Translations under genes and position numbers: made by a program
Shown: positions 10,427 to 20,377 of the stretch, piece by piece
Position numbering within the stretch: the stretch's first letter is position 1
How the letters are laid out: every line of letters starts with the position of its first letter
Assembly: GCA_963788655.1 (NCBI GenBank)
Contig: CAWBHS010000087.1
Span: 32,001 to 96,000 of the forward strand
Origin: an uncultured Verrucomicrobiae bacterium
GTDB lineage: Bacteria; Verrucomicrobiota; Verrucomicrobiia; Limisphaerales; JAFGQR01
Direction of reading: 5' to 3'
Length of the DNA: 64,000 nt
Notes under the pieces: generated by a model
What the model was told of the DNA's origin: nothing
Seen by the model: the letters and a program-made list of their open reading frames with translations, nothing else
The model's database searches: none

Positions 10427-10635
10427 TGCGGCCCTGGCTTGCGCTTGAGCCGCAGGAAGTTTCTAGCACGTTTCCGCCAACCTGCCAGTCATTCTCGTTT
10501 CGCCAAGGTCTGCCATGTCAAAGAACAGGCGATAAAGCCCCGATTTGTTGGCCTTCTGAGGCGCCGCGAAACTCCCCGCCTCCGCCCGGCACTGAGGGTT
10601 CGCGGAAGGCTCGATCAGCCAGGTGCAATCGGGAA
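10427..10635 (-). promoter_or_regulatory. CRISPR leader
   Basis: Non-coding region between cas2 and the first repeat; CGCGAACC...GTTTCGCG inverted motif resembling I-C leaders. Confidence 0.7.
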
Positions 10636-10926
10636 TCACAGGATCAGCGGTTCGGTCAGGTCCACGGGCTGGTTCACGCCGTGGTGCTCCGTGCGGCCGG
10701 CCGCCTTTTCATCAAGAAAGTAAAATCGCAGCGAGTCCTCCTTGTCCTTGATCTCGCGCAGCAGGCGGTCGCGCAATTGCACCCACTCCTTCTGTCCCAC
10801 CTGGCATTCGAAGACGGATTTTTGCACCCGCGTACCGTAATCCTCGCAGGCCCGCGCGACCCGGCGCAGGCGGCGCAGGCCGGGTTTCTCCACGGTGGAA
10901 ACGTCGTACGTGACCAGGATGAGCAT
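10636..10926 (-). CDS. cas2: CRISPR-associated endoribonuclease Cas2
   Basis: MLILVTYDVST..RLRRVARACEDYGTRVQKSVFEC..DSLRFY. Confidence 0.97.
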   Translation of the reverse strand: MLILVTYDVSTVEKPGLRRLRRVARACEDYGTRVQKSVFECQVGQKEWVQLRDRLLREIKDKEDSLRFYFLDEKAAGRTEHHGVNQPVDLTEPLIL

Positions 10927-10980
10927 AGGGGTTGAAAGGTTAATCCGTTAAATCGTTGCCGCGAGTCAGCCTGGAAACAT

Positions 10981-12085
10981 TCATTTGGGCACCAGGGGAA
11001 GGTAGTCCGGAATATCCCCGCGCAAGTGCCGCGCCAGCAGGCGGGCCTGGATGAAGGGCATTTGTGCCAGCCGGAGATTCTGATCCAGCAGCGGATGGTT
11101 CAGCGTCTCCTGCTTGCGCTGTTGGTAGGCGGTGATGACGCGTTTGCGGCCGGCGTCGGTGAATTCCACGGCGCCGCCTTCGCGCTCCACGAAGTCTCCC
11201 GGCGCAATCTGCTGCCGGTTGATGAGGGTGACGGCGAGCCGGTCCGCCAGCCAGGGCCGGAATTCCTCCATGAGGTCCAGCGCGAGCGAGGGGCGGTTGG
11301 GCCGGTCCACGTGGAGGAAGCCCACGAAGGGGTCCAGTCCAATGCTCGTGAGCGCCGCGATGCAATCATGCCGCACCAGCGCGTAGAGGAAGGAGAGCAG
11401 GCAGTTGATGCGGTCGCGCGGCGGCCGCCGGCTCCGCTTCGTGAAGGCAAACGGTTCGCGCTGCTGCTTGAGCAGGAGGCTGAAGACGGAGAAGTAGCTC
11501 GCCGAAGCCATGCCTTCGGCGCCGCGCAATCTGGTCGGTTTCCGATTTGAGATTTGAGATTTCAAATTCCGCCAGCAGGCGAATTTGCCGGGCCAGGCCG
11601 TCCGTGACCGCGATCAATCTGCCGGCGTTCGGTTTCGACCGCCGTCTCGCGGCGCGGCGCGGAGCAGGCTGTTGCGGGCGTTTTGGAGTTTGCCGGCGAT
11701 GATCTGCCGGGCGATGCGCGGCGCATTGGGCGGGATCATCCGCCGCGCGGAACTGCGCGCGCCGCAGCATGACGCTGGTGTCGGCCACGCCGGTCAGCCG
11801 GGCCTGGAAGTGCCCGTACTCGCTCAGGAAATTCACCGCCACGCCATGTTCCCAGCACAAGTGCAGCGCCGGCGAGCTGACGGTGCTGGCTCCGAACACG
11901 CAGATGGATTCCAGGTGATGGATCGGGATGGAAAGCTTGCGCCAGTCCGTGGCCTTCTCCCGCGCCCGCTCTTCCGGCGGCAACTCGGGCGGATAAACGG
12001 GAACCTCGGCGAGCAGCGTCAGATGATCCCGGCTGACGTAACTGCCCCGCGTGGTGAGGTAAAGGGTGTTTTGCTGGATGTTCAC
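10981..12085 (-). CDS. cas1: Type I-C Cas1 (split by frameshifts, probable assembly errors)
   Basis: QNTLYLT..IPIHHLESI..LRRAQFR; LRGAEG..YF; RSRRPPRDRINCLLSFLY; GLDPFVGFLH; SLALDLMEEFR. Confidence 0.95.
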
Positions 12086-12130
12086 ACTTCGTGTAATTTC
12101 AAATTTGAAATTTCAAATCTCAGATGCAAA

Positions 12131-12658
12131 TCAGGCCGCGCTCCTCGGCTTCTTTGCGCTTGGGATGCCAGGCTGGAAGCTGCCGCAGCAGTTCCTGTTC
12201 GAACGCCGCCGCGCGCTTCTTCTGCTCGTCTTCGTTGGCGCGTCTTCTCGGTTCAAATGTCGCTGGCCCTTGATGTCGGAGTTTTGCAGCGAGTCGGCCC
12301 AGCCGCGCAACTGGCGGGAGCACGATTCGGCGATGGATTTCAGATCTGCAATTTGAGATTTCAAATCCGCCGGCCAGCCGGCCTTGCTGGCGCGGCGCTG
12401 CTTCAGGGTGAGCATGGACCGCACTTCGCCCGCCGACCCGCGCGCGATGTAAATGAATCGCGAGCAGTTCATTGGTGCGTGCCGCGCTCGAAGCCTTCCG
12501 CGATGTTGTTGGACACGGACAGGGCCGCGCGGTCCAGTTGGTCGCGAAAGCCCCGCGTCGCCTTGAAGGCTCGTTTTCCAGCAGGGCTCCTCGGTGAGTT
12601 CGTAAAGTTCCGCGGCTTTCTGCCACACGGGCAGGTCTTCGAATCGTTCGTAGGTCAT
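12131..12658 (-). CDS. Four-helix-bundle protein (23S rRNA IVS-protein/TIGR02436-like)
   Basis: RFEDLPVWQKAAEL; in a shifted frame FRDQLDRAALSVSNNIAEGFERG; YIARGSAGEVRSML. Confidence 0.88.
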   Translation of the reverse strand: MTYERFEDLPVWQKAAELYELTEEPCWKTSLQGDAGLSRPTGPRGPVRVQQHRGRLRARHAPMNCSRFIYIARGSAGEVRSMLTLKQRRASKAGWPADLKSQIADLKSIAESCSRQLRGWADSLQNSDIKGQRHLNREDAPTKTSRRSARRRSNRNCCGSFQPGIPSAKKPRSAA

Positions 12659-12714
12659 GGGCGGTTGGTTGAGGGTTGAAGGTTGGGAGTTCAGGATGTC
12701 CGGGCGATTGGATT

Positions 12715-13371
12715 TCAGATTTCAAAGAGCGAACGGCTGCAGCCGCTCCAGCCGGGATGGCTGCGAGCGTCACCTGCGGCAGGCAAATGCATGGAGGGAA
12801 CATTCCTCGCACGCCGGCTTGAACACCGCCGCGGGCAACGGGGTCGCAATTGCGATTTCCGGAGCAACGCGTGCAACGCGGCCACGGCCTTTTCGGTCAA
12901 CTGCCGCAACTCGGGGGTAAACTCGACCTCGCGCCGCCGCTTGCTGTCCGCATGGAACACCGCGCCGCGCGGGATGGTCACGCCGAACATTTCCTCCAGA
13001 CAGAGCGCCTGGGCGCAGAGTTGGGCGTCGTCATTGGCCCACTGGCGCCGTTTGCCGAGTTTGAATTCGACGGGCCGGAGGGATTTGAGGTTGGCGCTTT
13101 CCAATTGGGAATTCGCGGCGGAGGCGAATTCCACCTCGACGATGTCGCATTTGCCATTCAAGCCCAACCGTTCGGAAAACACCGGCAGGGCGCGCAGGAG
13201 TTTCACCCCCTGCACCACCTCGTAACCAGGCAAATCGGCGTGCTCATGGACGATGTCACCGCGGAGGGTGTGCTCGTTGGCGCTGCGCCAGCCCTCGACC
13301 ACCTTCAACGCCGCCCGGCGCGGGCAGTAAAGGTAGTCGTTGAGAAGCGAGAGGGGCAGTGACTCCGGCAT
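12715..13371 (-). CDS. cas4: Cas4 (C-terminal Cys cluster frameshifted)
   Basis: LNDYLYCPRR, GKCDIVE, PVEFKLG, AQLCAQALCLEEM; CEECSL..CLP in shifted frames; GGAGG upstream of ATG 13371. Confidence 0.93.
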   Translation of the reverse strand: MPESLPLSLLNDYLYCPRRAALKVVEGWRSANEHTLRGDIVHEHADLPGYEVVQGVKLLRALPVFSERLGLNGKCDIVEVEFASAANSQLESANLKSLRPVEFKLGKRRQWANDDAQLCAQALCLEEMFGVTIPRGAVFHADSKRRREVEFTPELRQLTEKAVAALHALLRKSQLRPRCPRRCSSRRARNVPSMHLPAAGDARSHPGWSGCSRSLFEI

Positions 13372-13373
13372 GT

Positions 13374-13684
13374 TCAACCTCCCTTGGAATATGGGGAAAG
13401 CCACGCGCTCCGTGCCAGAAGCGGACAATTTCGACGCTTGCTCTCGTGTTGTTCATCCGGTAAATGATGCGATACGAACGGCAAGATGATTTCGCGCAAG
13501 TCCTGTTCTGCGGAATTCCGGCACCACGCGGCCGCATTTCAGGAAACGCCGCCACGTTCTCGGCCCGCGTGATCAATTCATAACCCAGCCGTGCGGCGGC
13601 ATCTGTGTTGTGCTGGGCAATATAGCGGACAATGTCCGCCAAATCCGCCTGTGCCGACGGGGCGATGATTACTTTCCAGCCCAT
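13374..13684 (-). CDS. RelE/ParE-family toxin (3' end uncertain)
   Basis: WKVIIAPSAQADLADIVRYIAQHN..YRIIYR..VEIVRFWHGAR. Confidence 0.85.
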
Positions 13685-13854
13685 GCGGCGATTTTGGCTT
13701 TGACCTCCTCAATCGGGATGCTTTCGCCGCGATCCAGTTCGGCCAATCCCTCCTCGACCGCCTGCCGGAATTCCAGCTCGTAAATGGCATCAACCAGTGT
13801 GGCGTCCGGCGGCAGTTTTTCCGCCACTTCCAACAGAATTTCTTTCGTGCTCAT
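13669..13854 (-). CDS. Putative antitoxin (61 aa, acidic)
   Basis: MSTKE..KLPPDAT..VEEGLAELDRGESIPIEEVK; overlaps the toxin start. Confidence 0.8.
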   Translation of the reverse strand: MSTKEILLEVAEKLPPDATLVDAIYELEFRQAVEEGLAELDRGESIPIEEVKAKIAAWAGK

Positions 13855-13905
13855 GGTTTGAATAGGTAGTCGATTTGCAAACTTATTGCCAGTTTGTGCT
13901 TGGGT

Positions 13906-14949
13906 TCATTGAGCGTTGGCAGTCTTTTTTGCACAGACCTTAATGTTGTTTAACAAAGCGTGGCATTTCACTCTTGGGAAATCCGGCACGAACTCACCGT
14001 CTTTTGGCAATGACTCGAAGCAATAATCAGTAACGTTGCGCGGGATCACCTTCTCGTCTTTGCGCTTGGGACGGGGAATCATTTGGAACAACTGATGAGA
14101 CGGTGCGTTGCCCAATGAGTCCGTGTGCTCAAATACAACGAGTGCTTGCGCGTGCATCTCGCCCCGGCTCGCTGAATGGTCGAACTCGAACATGTTGGCC
14201 AAGGCGCGATAAAGGGCGGCCAGATCGGCTGCTTTGAAGCCCGTGCCGTTTGTCTTGTTCAAAGTCTGGCACGCAAGAAAGGGATTGTAGAACCCGTGCA
14301 GCCGATAGAGGCCGTAGTTGACCAGCGCCTTGCGGCCCATTTCGGTGGGCTTGAACTTTTTGAAGTCCTCCTCCGTGGTAATCGCAATGCGAGTGATCGA
14401 GCAATCCACTTGGAAGATTGGATCAATCGATCGGCTGAATCCGATTTGAATCGGCCCTCGGACCTGACCCGCGTTTGGGCCGGTGGACATCACAGCACCG
14501 AACGCGCGGATGTCGTAGAAGTTTTCCATCATCCACTTTTTTGCCTGCTCGGTCTGGTCGCGATTTCGCTTCTCGTAATTGTCTGGCTTATCAGGCTTGT
14601 CTTTCTCTTTCACTCCGCCTTTGGCACCGCCTGGGCAATAAGGCTGTTCAGCGCCTCGGTGTTCTGGATGAATATCCCGTTGGGGCTTTTCGCCGGCATC
14701 CCTTTCGTCCTTATCAGCCAACATCTGGATTGTGTTTCGTATCTTCCGTTTGATGCAGACATCGGTGACGAGGCCGTGCTGTGTTTCGGGATCAATGCGC
14801 GGCAGATTGCCGGTGTCGGGGTCACCGTTCGGATTGCAGTCGAGCGCGTCAAAGAAAAAGACGAACTCTTGACGGCCAATCACTGGTTTTGTGTCGAGCG
14901 TGTCAAGTGCGTCGAGGTACGCGTGTTTTGGTGTTTCTGGTTTTTTCAT
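13906..14949 (-). CDS. cas7: Type I-C Cas7 (Csd2)
   Basis: NPNGDPDTGNLPRIDPET..VTDVCIKRKIRN; FYDIRAFGAVMSTG; GQVRGPIQ; EMGRK. Confidence 0.95.
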   Translation of the reverse strand: MKKPETPKHAYLDALDTLDTKPVIGRQEFVFFFDALDCNPNGDPDTGNLPRIDPETQHGLVTDVCIKRKIRNTIQMLADKDERDAGEKPQRDIHPEHRGAEQPYCPGGAKGGVKEKDKPDKPDNYEKRNRDQTEQAKKWMMENFYDIRAFGAVMSTGPNAGQVRGPIQIGFSRSIDPIFQVDCSITRIAITTEEDFKKFKPTEMGRKALVNYGLYRLHGFYNPFLACQTLNKTNGTGFKAADLAALYRALANMFEFDHSASRGEMHAQALVVFEHTDSLGNAPSHQLFQMIPRPKRKDEKVIPRNVTDYCFESLPKDGEFVPDFPRVKCHALLNNIKVCAKKTANAQ

Positions 14950-14981
14950 AAGCTGTGGATTTCGGAGTGGTTACAGTTGAT

Positions 14982-17033
14982 TCATTCTGATTCGGCAGTG
15001 GGAGCTTCCGGCGCTTCTTCATCCGGCAGATCGGCCAGGAGTGAAACATCGAAGCGGGCGCGGTTCACAAAATCTTCCAAGGCTTCAAGTTCCTTTTTGC
15101 TTTCGTCAGGAAGCGCGCCGTCATCCCGCTGTTTCTTGAGCTTCGCGTAGCGTGATATGAGAAAGAAGTATTGTCGCTGATGGTGAAAGCCGAGGATGAA
15201 CACTCCGGCTTGCTGAGGTGTCAGCGTCACCGGATACGTTTTCAGTTTGCTCAAGATTTCATCGAGCAGCCTTTCCAGTTGCAGGGACTTGGGGCGCAAG
15301 TCTCGTTTGAGTTTGTTCAGGTGATGCCGGGAATTCCGATAGACGACCGGCAAAACGCTGCACGGCGCGGACGATGCGCTTCCCATGTATCGGTCTGCCA
15401 CCGTTGATTTGCCGGGCTTTCCGCGTTGACTACTTGTTGACCAGCGCATGGCGTCGTCGCAAACAGCGAGCAGCCGTCCACAGTGGTATTCGGGTTCTTC
15501 TCGGCCAACGTCGAGACCTGGATTGAATTGTGGTTCATTGTTTTTCATAAGGCGGTTCAGGGTCAGGCGCAGAAGCGCCATTCGTGCGGGCTTGAGTTTG
15601 TAGTCGGCGGTTGGATTCTCTTTCTCGAAATCGGCCTGCGGGATGATGCGGACTCGGTTGACCAGCATTTGAAGCACGGGCGGAGGAACAGGCTTCCCCA
15701 AAAAGGCGCTCAGAAACAAGCTGGACGAAACAACAGGTGGGAACTTCCATTCGTCGCCGGGTTGGCCCGGCTGACGGACGGTCATCTGGCAAAGGCGAAC
15801 CAAAGGCAAGGGTTTGAAGTTCGGGCCATAGTCTCCTAAACGATCCTTCAAATCGTCAAACCACGCCTTGAGATTCTGGGTAACGCTCCCGACGTTGGTT
15901 TCGCTCCAATAACGAATCAGCGTTCGCACCTTGCTGGAACGAGAAAACCCGAGGATGTAGAACTTGCAGTCGGCAATTCCTTTGGGGATGCCGTGTCGAA
16001 CACTTTGGAAAAGCTCCCTCACTGCCTGAGGATCGGCATCGCTGATTTTTCCAAAATCGAAACCTACCGGCTCTCTTGACCAAAACACGAACATGACCGG
16101 TGCAATGTCTTTTTCTCCAGGTTTGGGCTTGCCGGCGCGAACCAAGTAATGCGTCGCCGGATTTCTCAATAGCGTCTCGATTCCTCGGATGGCTGCCTTC
16201 ATGCAATCAAAACACAACGTTGCGTTCTCTCCGTTATCAAAGCCGTATGAGTGGAACGCATCCTTTCCGTAACTTATGAGGCATGTATCGCCGCCGGGCA
16301 GCCCTTTGAATTTATCGAACGTGGGAAGATGAGGCTTTGGCTGTCCGCAACAGATACAAGGCGGATTGCCACCGGTTGTCGGTGCGGTCTGTCGCTTCGA
16401 GTTCACCTCCGCGAAATGGTCGCTCCAAAACCGACGCACGCTGGTGCAAGCCTGAAAAGCAGGAAGCAGATCGTCCCGTTTTAGGCACAGCGCAATCCGC
16501 TCCTTGGGTTTCTTCACCGCAAATCTCTTCTCAGTGGCGGCATCCTTAATAATGAGCTTGTTAGGGACGCGAGGCGTCTCATCCCAAGTTACTTGGATTC
16601 TTCCGGAGGCAACTTTGTCGAAGAATTTCTTGATGGCACTGGCGCGGGAATCATTTGGAAACTTTTCTGCGAACTCATTCACCATGGCGATGTGAGAATC
16701 GCGATTCTTTGTTCCAAGTTCGCTATCGGAAATTCCGAAATAATATTCCAGATTGTCAGCCAAGAACTGCGGATTGCGACCGGATGACCGAGAATTGATG
16801 ACCTCCCTGGGAACTCGATGAAGCGGCTCGAATCTGTCCTTTTTCTTTTTCCCCTTCTCATCGCGCTGCTCAACACCCCGGTAATGCAAATTGACGAAGT
16901 TCCCGTCGTCATCAATCTCCAGCAGCCAATAAATCTCAACGTTGTCAGCGAAGGCATCCGAAATGATCCCCGCTTCACCCTGCGGCTTCACGCTCTCGCT
17001 ATCGCCGTATTCTCTCAATGCTTGCAGAATCAT
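14982..17033 (-). CDS. cas8c: Type I-C Cas8c (Csd1)
   Basis: MILQALREY start; FLADNLEY; CICCG..LISY..AFHSYG..C..C; YHCGRLLAV; FILGFHHQR; position between cas5 and cas7. Confidence 0.88.
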   Translation of the reverse strand: MILQALREYGDSESVKPQGEAGIISDAFADNVEIYWLLEIDDDGNFVNLHYRGVEQRDEKGKKKKDRFEPLHRVPREVINSRSSGRNPQFLADNLEYYFGISDSELGTKNRDSHIAMVNEFAEKFPNDSRASAIKKFFDKVASGRIQVTWDETPRVPNKLIIKDAATEKRFAVKKPKERIALCLKRDDLLPAFQACTSVRRFWSDHFAEVNSKRQTAPTTGGNPPCICCGQPKPHLPTFDKFKGLPGGDTCLISYGKDAFHSYGFDNGENATLCFDCMKAAIRGIETLLRNPATHYLVRAGKPKPGEKDIAPVMFVFWSREPVGFDFGKISDADPQAVRELFQSVRHGIPKGIADCKFYILGFSRSSKVRTLIRYWSETNVGSVTQNLKAWFDDLKDRLGDYGPNFKPLPLVRLCQMTVRQPGQPGDEWKFPPVVSSSLFLSAFLGKPVPPPVLQMLVNRVRIIPQADFEKENPTADYKLKPARMALLRLTLNRLMKNNEPQFNPGLDVGREEPEYHCGRLLAVCDDAMRWSTSSQRGKPGKSTVADRYMGSASSAPCSVLPVVYRNSRHHLNKLKRDLRPKSLQLERLLDEILSKLKTYPVTLTPQQAGVFILGFHHQRQYFFLISRYAKLKKQRDDGALPDESKKELEALEDFVNRARFDVSLLADLPDEEAPEAPTAESE

Positions 17034-17911
17034 GTTTCAAGCCCTCCTTTCTCAATCGTGCCCTGGTGAAGCCGTCCGGTTTGCCGAAGCATGTCCTTTC
17101 GTGTGTCCATAATGCCCTGTTTGACGATTGCATCGAAAAATTCAGCGTGGATGCGCTGGCCATCGTTCGTGTAGGCGATGTCGTAAAGCATCCGGCCAAC
17201 CGGCTCGCCTACCTCGCCGACTCCGTATGCTCTCACTGGCCCAGTTGGCAGAAAGTCACCTGCATCGTCAGCGACTTTGGAATCAACCGGGGCGAACTGG
17301 GCGAAAAGCTCGCGGCAGCCAAGCGAAGGCCGGTGGAAGCATTGCCCTTTTGCTACTCGCCGCGTGAAAGCAGCTTGGTATTTGCGGATACTGTCAATTG
17401 GACGCAGGCCACCAAATCGGCTTTTCAGTTTGGCCTTCTCCCGCTGGAGAACAATCTCGGCAATGATGTTGTAGCCTACATCTGCTAGAGCCAGCATGTT
17501 CCGCTGCGTGCAGTTGTCCTCTTGCCCGAGAAGCGGGTTGCTTTGGGTAATCTGCCTTTTGACTTCCTTGTCCTCTACATATCTGGCTTTGATGTCCGAG
17601 AGCAAATGTTCCACCGGTTCTTTGCCCGTCATCCACTTCTCCTCGGCGCGTTTGAGGTCAACCACCTTCTGGACTTCATTGCGGCGAATGGAAATGAAGC
17701 GAAGCGGTCGCAGGACTTCGATTCGCGTGATGGCGTAGCTAAATTCCGGTTTGAACAGAATCGCTTCCAGGATGCCGCGCGCGGCGGATGGCGTCATGAC
17801 CGGGTAGGAGACTCGTTCCACTTTGAATTCCGGTCGCGTGAAGCAGGCGAGCGCGCCCCACACTTTGACCGACACTTCGCCAAACGGCGGTTTGCAGTAT
17901 TGTTTTAGCAT
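17030..17911 (-). CDS. cas5: Type I-C Cas5 (Cas5d)
   Basis: VWGALACFTRPEFKVERVSYPVMTPSAARGILEAI; IRRNEV; GQCFHRPSLGCRE. Confidence 0.95.
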   Translation of the reverse strand: MLKQYCKPPFGEVSVKVWGALACFTRPEFKVERVSYPVMTPSAARGILEAILFKPEFSYAITRIEVLRPLRFISIRRNEVQKVVDLKRAEEKWMTGKEPVEHLLSDIKARYVEDKEVKRQITQSNPLLGQEDNCTQRNMLALADVGYNIIAEIVLQREKAKLKSRFGGLRPIDSIRKYQAAFTRRVAKGQCFHRPSLGCRELFAQFAPVDSKVADDAGDFLPTGPVRAYGVGEVGEPVGRMLYDIAYTNDGQRIHAEFFDAIVKQGIMDTRKDMLRQTGRLHQGTIEKGGLET

Positions 17912-20364
17912 ACGAAATCCTGTGGCCAATGGCCGCTGAGGTTGAGGCCGTATTCCGCGTGATATGCGGAGGTGAAGTAAACGCCCGGAATGACTTCTTC
18001 AAAGAGCATCGTGTATTTGCGGAACTCGTGTTCGTAGAGGTTGACCTGAAAACGCCGAACCATGCGCATCACACGCGACAGTCGTCCCGGACTGAATCGC
18101 GTTGCGGAGATGAGGCGCTTGAGGCGTTGCACGGAATGGCCGCGCGAATCCCATCCCACAAACACAGAGGTCGTCGGTGAATCAATCACTTGGAATGCTC
18201 TGGCAGTGTCCTCGAAGGCGAGGTTGGGCCGCAAGTCACGATTGATTTTTCGATCTTGGAACTCAGGACGTGTCGGCTGGTCGAGTGAATCCAATCGAAA
18301 GAGCCGGTCATAGTAACGGACGAATGTTTCAGGATTGTTCAAGTCTTGCTTCCAAAACGAAGACCGAGTCTCCGTCGTTCCCTGCTGGTAGATGGCAGAC
18401 GGTGGAAGTTTCCTCTTTTCCTCGCGCCCCTCGTCCTCCGGCGTGAACAGGATAACTCTGCCTTTCTGCGCACGAACCCCGTGCCGGTTGCAACGACCGG
18501 CGGCTTGAGCAATGGAATCAAGCGGGCCGACGGCGCGAAAGAGAAAGGGAAAATCAATGTCCACGCCGGCTTCGATACACTGCGTCGCCACCAGCGCAAA
18601 CTTCTGGTTGGTCTTCAGCAGATCGGCAGCTTCTCGCAAAACTTCCCGGCGGTGAGCGGGGCAGAGATTGGTGGACAAATGGAGAACGCGAACGCCTCCT
18701 TGCAGCAGTTCGTGGCAAAGCGCATGGGCATGGCGCTTGAGATTCACGATGGTTAGGCTCTGCGGACAGTTTTGGATCTCGTTGGCAATTTGCGCCCATG
18801 TGCTTAAGCCGGGGAGAGTTTCTTCCCAATCGTAATGCACACGTGCAGTGATGGTGAATGGGCGCGCCGGATCGCTGATCCTGTGAAGCCGCGGAAATCG
18901 TTGCAGCGTTGCTTGGATTGGCTTGTTGGTTGGCAGGGTAGCTGCGTATTCCCCGAATCGGATCGCACTCTGAACCGTCGCGTTGAAATCAGGGAGCGTC
19001 GCTGACATGAACACAAAGGAAGTTCCAGCGAACTCGGCAAACTGCTGGAGCATCGCCAGCAGAGGCAGGAGCAGATGGCGTGGGAAATTCTGCACCTCAT
19101 CAAAAATCACGACCGAATTGGCAAGGTTATGGAGCTTGCGGCTGGTGGCTGGTGAGTCGGTGAACAGACTCTCAAAGAATTGAACCGTCGTCGTCACGAT
19201 GATGGGCGCTGACCAGTTTTCTGCGGCCAAATCGAGCGCAGTCGGGTTCTCATCGCGGGCAGATTTGGGAGAAGCAGTCGAGAGGCTGTGATGTTCAAGG
19301 ACTGCCAGCCGACCAAACGCTTCGCGAAATTCGTTGGCGACTTGGTCAATGATGCTGAGGTATGGCTCGACGACAATCACGCGTCGCAAGCAGTGCTTTT
19401 CCGCGTGTCGCAAAGCAAAATTCATAGACGCAAGCGTCTTTCCGCCACCGGTCGGGACGTTCAGCGTGAACATGCCTCGCGGAAGCTGCGAATCCCGTTC
19501 GCAGGCTAATCGAACGGATTCACGGAGTGAGCGAACTTGGGCTGATTGCCCGGCGGTTGATTTCTTGCCGATGAATGTGTCGAGCATTTCACGCAAATTG
19601 GAAATATTTGGTGCTTGGCTGCGGTAGCCTTCGCGTGTGTCAGCCTTGTGTTGCTCAGTGAATCGTTCCGTGTCCAGCCGGTCGGCATCCACAAGCGCGG
19701 AGAACAGCAATCGCGTCAGGAACTCACAAGCAAGCGGGTCTTTCCCTTGTGAGCGCAGCGCCGGTTTTCGGCTTGCCACATCCGACAGAAGCTCGATGCC
19801 TCGTTGAAGTCGCTTGGCTTCGCGTGAATCGCCGACCTGTGCAAGCTGGTCCTTGAAATCGGCGATCGCAATCTTGAGCAGTTCGGCTGAAGGGCCAGCG
19901 ACACTTTCCTGGCGCTCAATTCTTTCCATGTTCGCACCCCTTCCGTTGGCAAGGCCCGCATGGTGGCCGCCAATAGCGAAGCTGGCAGCCATGAAGCCCG
20001 CAGAGCCTCCGCTTTGGCATAGACTGCTGCCCGCGTAAGCATGGGGAGCTTTTTCTTCCAGCCCACGCAGCATCAGTTGAAACTTTTGCCGATATTTTCC
20101 AAGATCATGAAGCAAGCCAGCCAAGAAGCCTTCTTCGCCAAGCTCAAGAGCCATGGCAAAATCGCACGATTGTTCAGCAACATTGACGAGGTGGCTTGAA
20201 AGCGGTTGCCACCCAATTTGAATTTCGGCCAAGTCTGTGAGCTTGTGCCGCTTGCCGGTTCTTTTCACAAACTCCTTCGCGGTCAATTGCTGATCGGGAA
20301 AGTTCACGAACGAAAAAAGGTTCTCACCTTCGCAAGTTTTCAATGTGTGCGCGTAGAACTTCAT
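17905..20364 (-). CDS. cas3: Cas3 HD nuclease-helicase
   Basis: FYAH, LLHDLGK, GHHAGL, LVDADRLDTE; PTGGGKT, IFDEVQ, MSAT, QAAGRCNRHG. Confidence 0.96.
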   Translation of the reverse strand: MKFYAHTLKTCEGENLFSFVNFPDQQLTAKEFVKRTGKRHKLTDLAEIQIGWQPLSSHLVNVAEQSCDFAMALELGEEGFLAGLLHDLGKYRQKFQLMLRGLEEKAPHAYAGSSLCQSGGSAGFMAASFAIGGHHAGLANGRGANMERIERQESVAGPSAELLKIAIADFKDQLAQVGDSREAKRLQRGIELLSDVASRKPALRSQGKDPLACEFLTRLLFSALVDADRLDTERFTEQHKADTREGYRSQAPNISNLREMLDTFIGKKSTAGQSAQVRSLRESVRLACERDSQLPRGMFTLNVPTGGGKTLASMNFALRHAEKHCLRRVIVVEPYLSIIDQVANEFREAFGRLAVLEHHSLSTASPKSARDENPTALDLAAENWSAPIIVTTTVQFFESLFTDSPATSRKLHNLANSVVIFDEVQNFPRHLLLPLLAMLQQFAEFAGTSFVFMSATLPDFNATVQSAIRFGEYAATLPTNKPIQATLQRFPRLHRISDPARPFTITARVHYDWEETLPGLSTWAQIANEIQNCPQSLTIVNLKRHAHALCHELLQGGVRVLHLSTNLCPAHRREVLREAADLLKTNQKFALVATQCIEAGVDIDFPFLFRAVGPLDSIAQAAGRCNRHGVRAQKGRVILFTPEDEGREEKRKLPPSAIYQQGTTETRSSFWKQDLNNPETFVRYYDRLFRLDSLDQPTRPEFQDRKINRDLRPNLAFEDTARAFQVIDSPTTSVFVGWDSRGHSVQRLKRLISATRFSPGRLSRVMRMVRRFQVNLYEHEFRKYTMLFEEVIPGVYFTSAYHAEYGLNLSGHWPQDFVC

Positions 20365-20377
20365 CAGAAGGTCAGGT

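Noticed and set aside
9274..10469. ORFs across the CRISPR array
   Set aside because: Translations of repeats (FNPRPPQWRGAT, VSIRAPRSGEGR)
12131..12658. Diversity-generating retroelement (Avd-like fold)
   Set aside because: No reverse transcriptase or TR/VR pair seen in the window
13855..13905. creTA-like mini-repeat between cas genes
   Set aside because: No similarity to the CRISPR repeat
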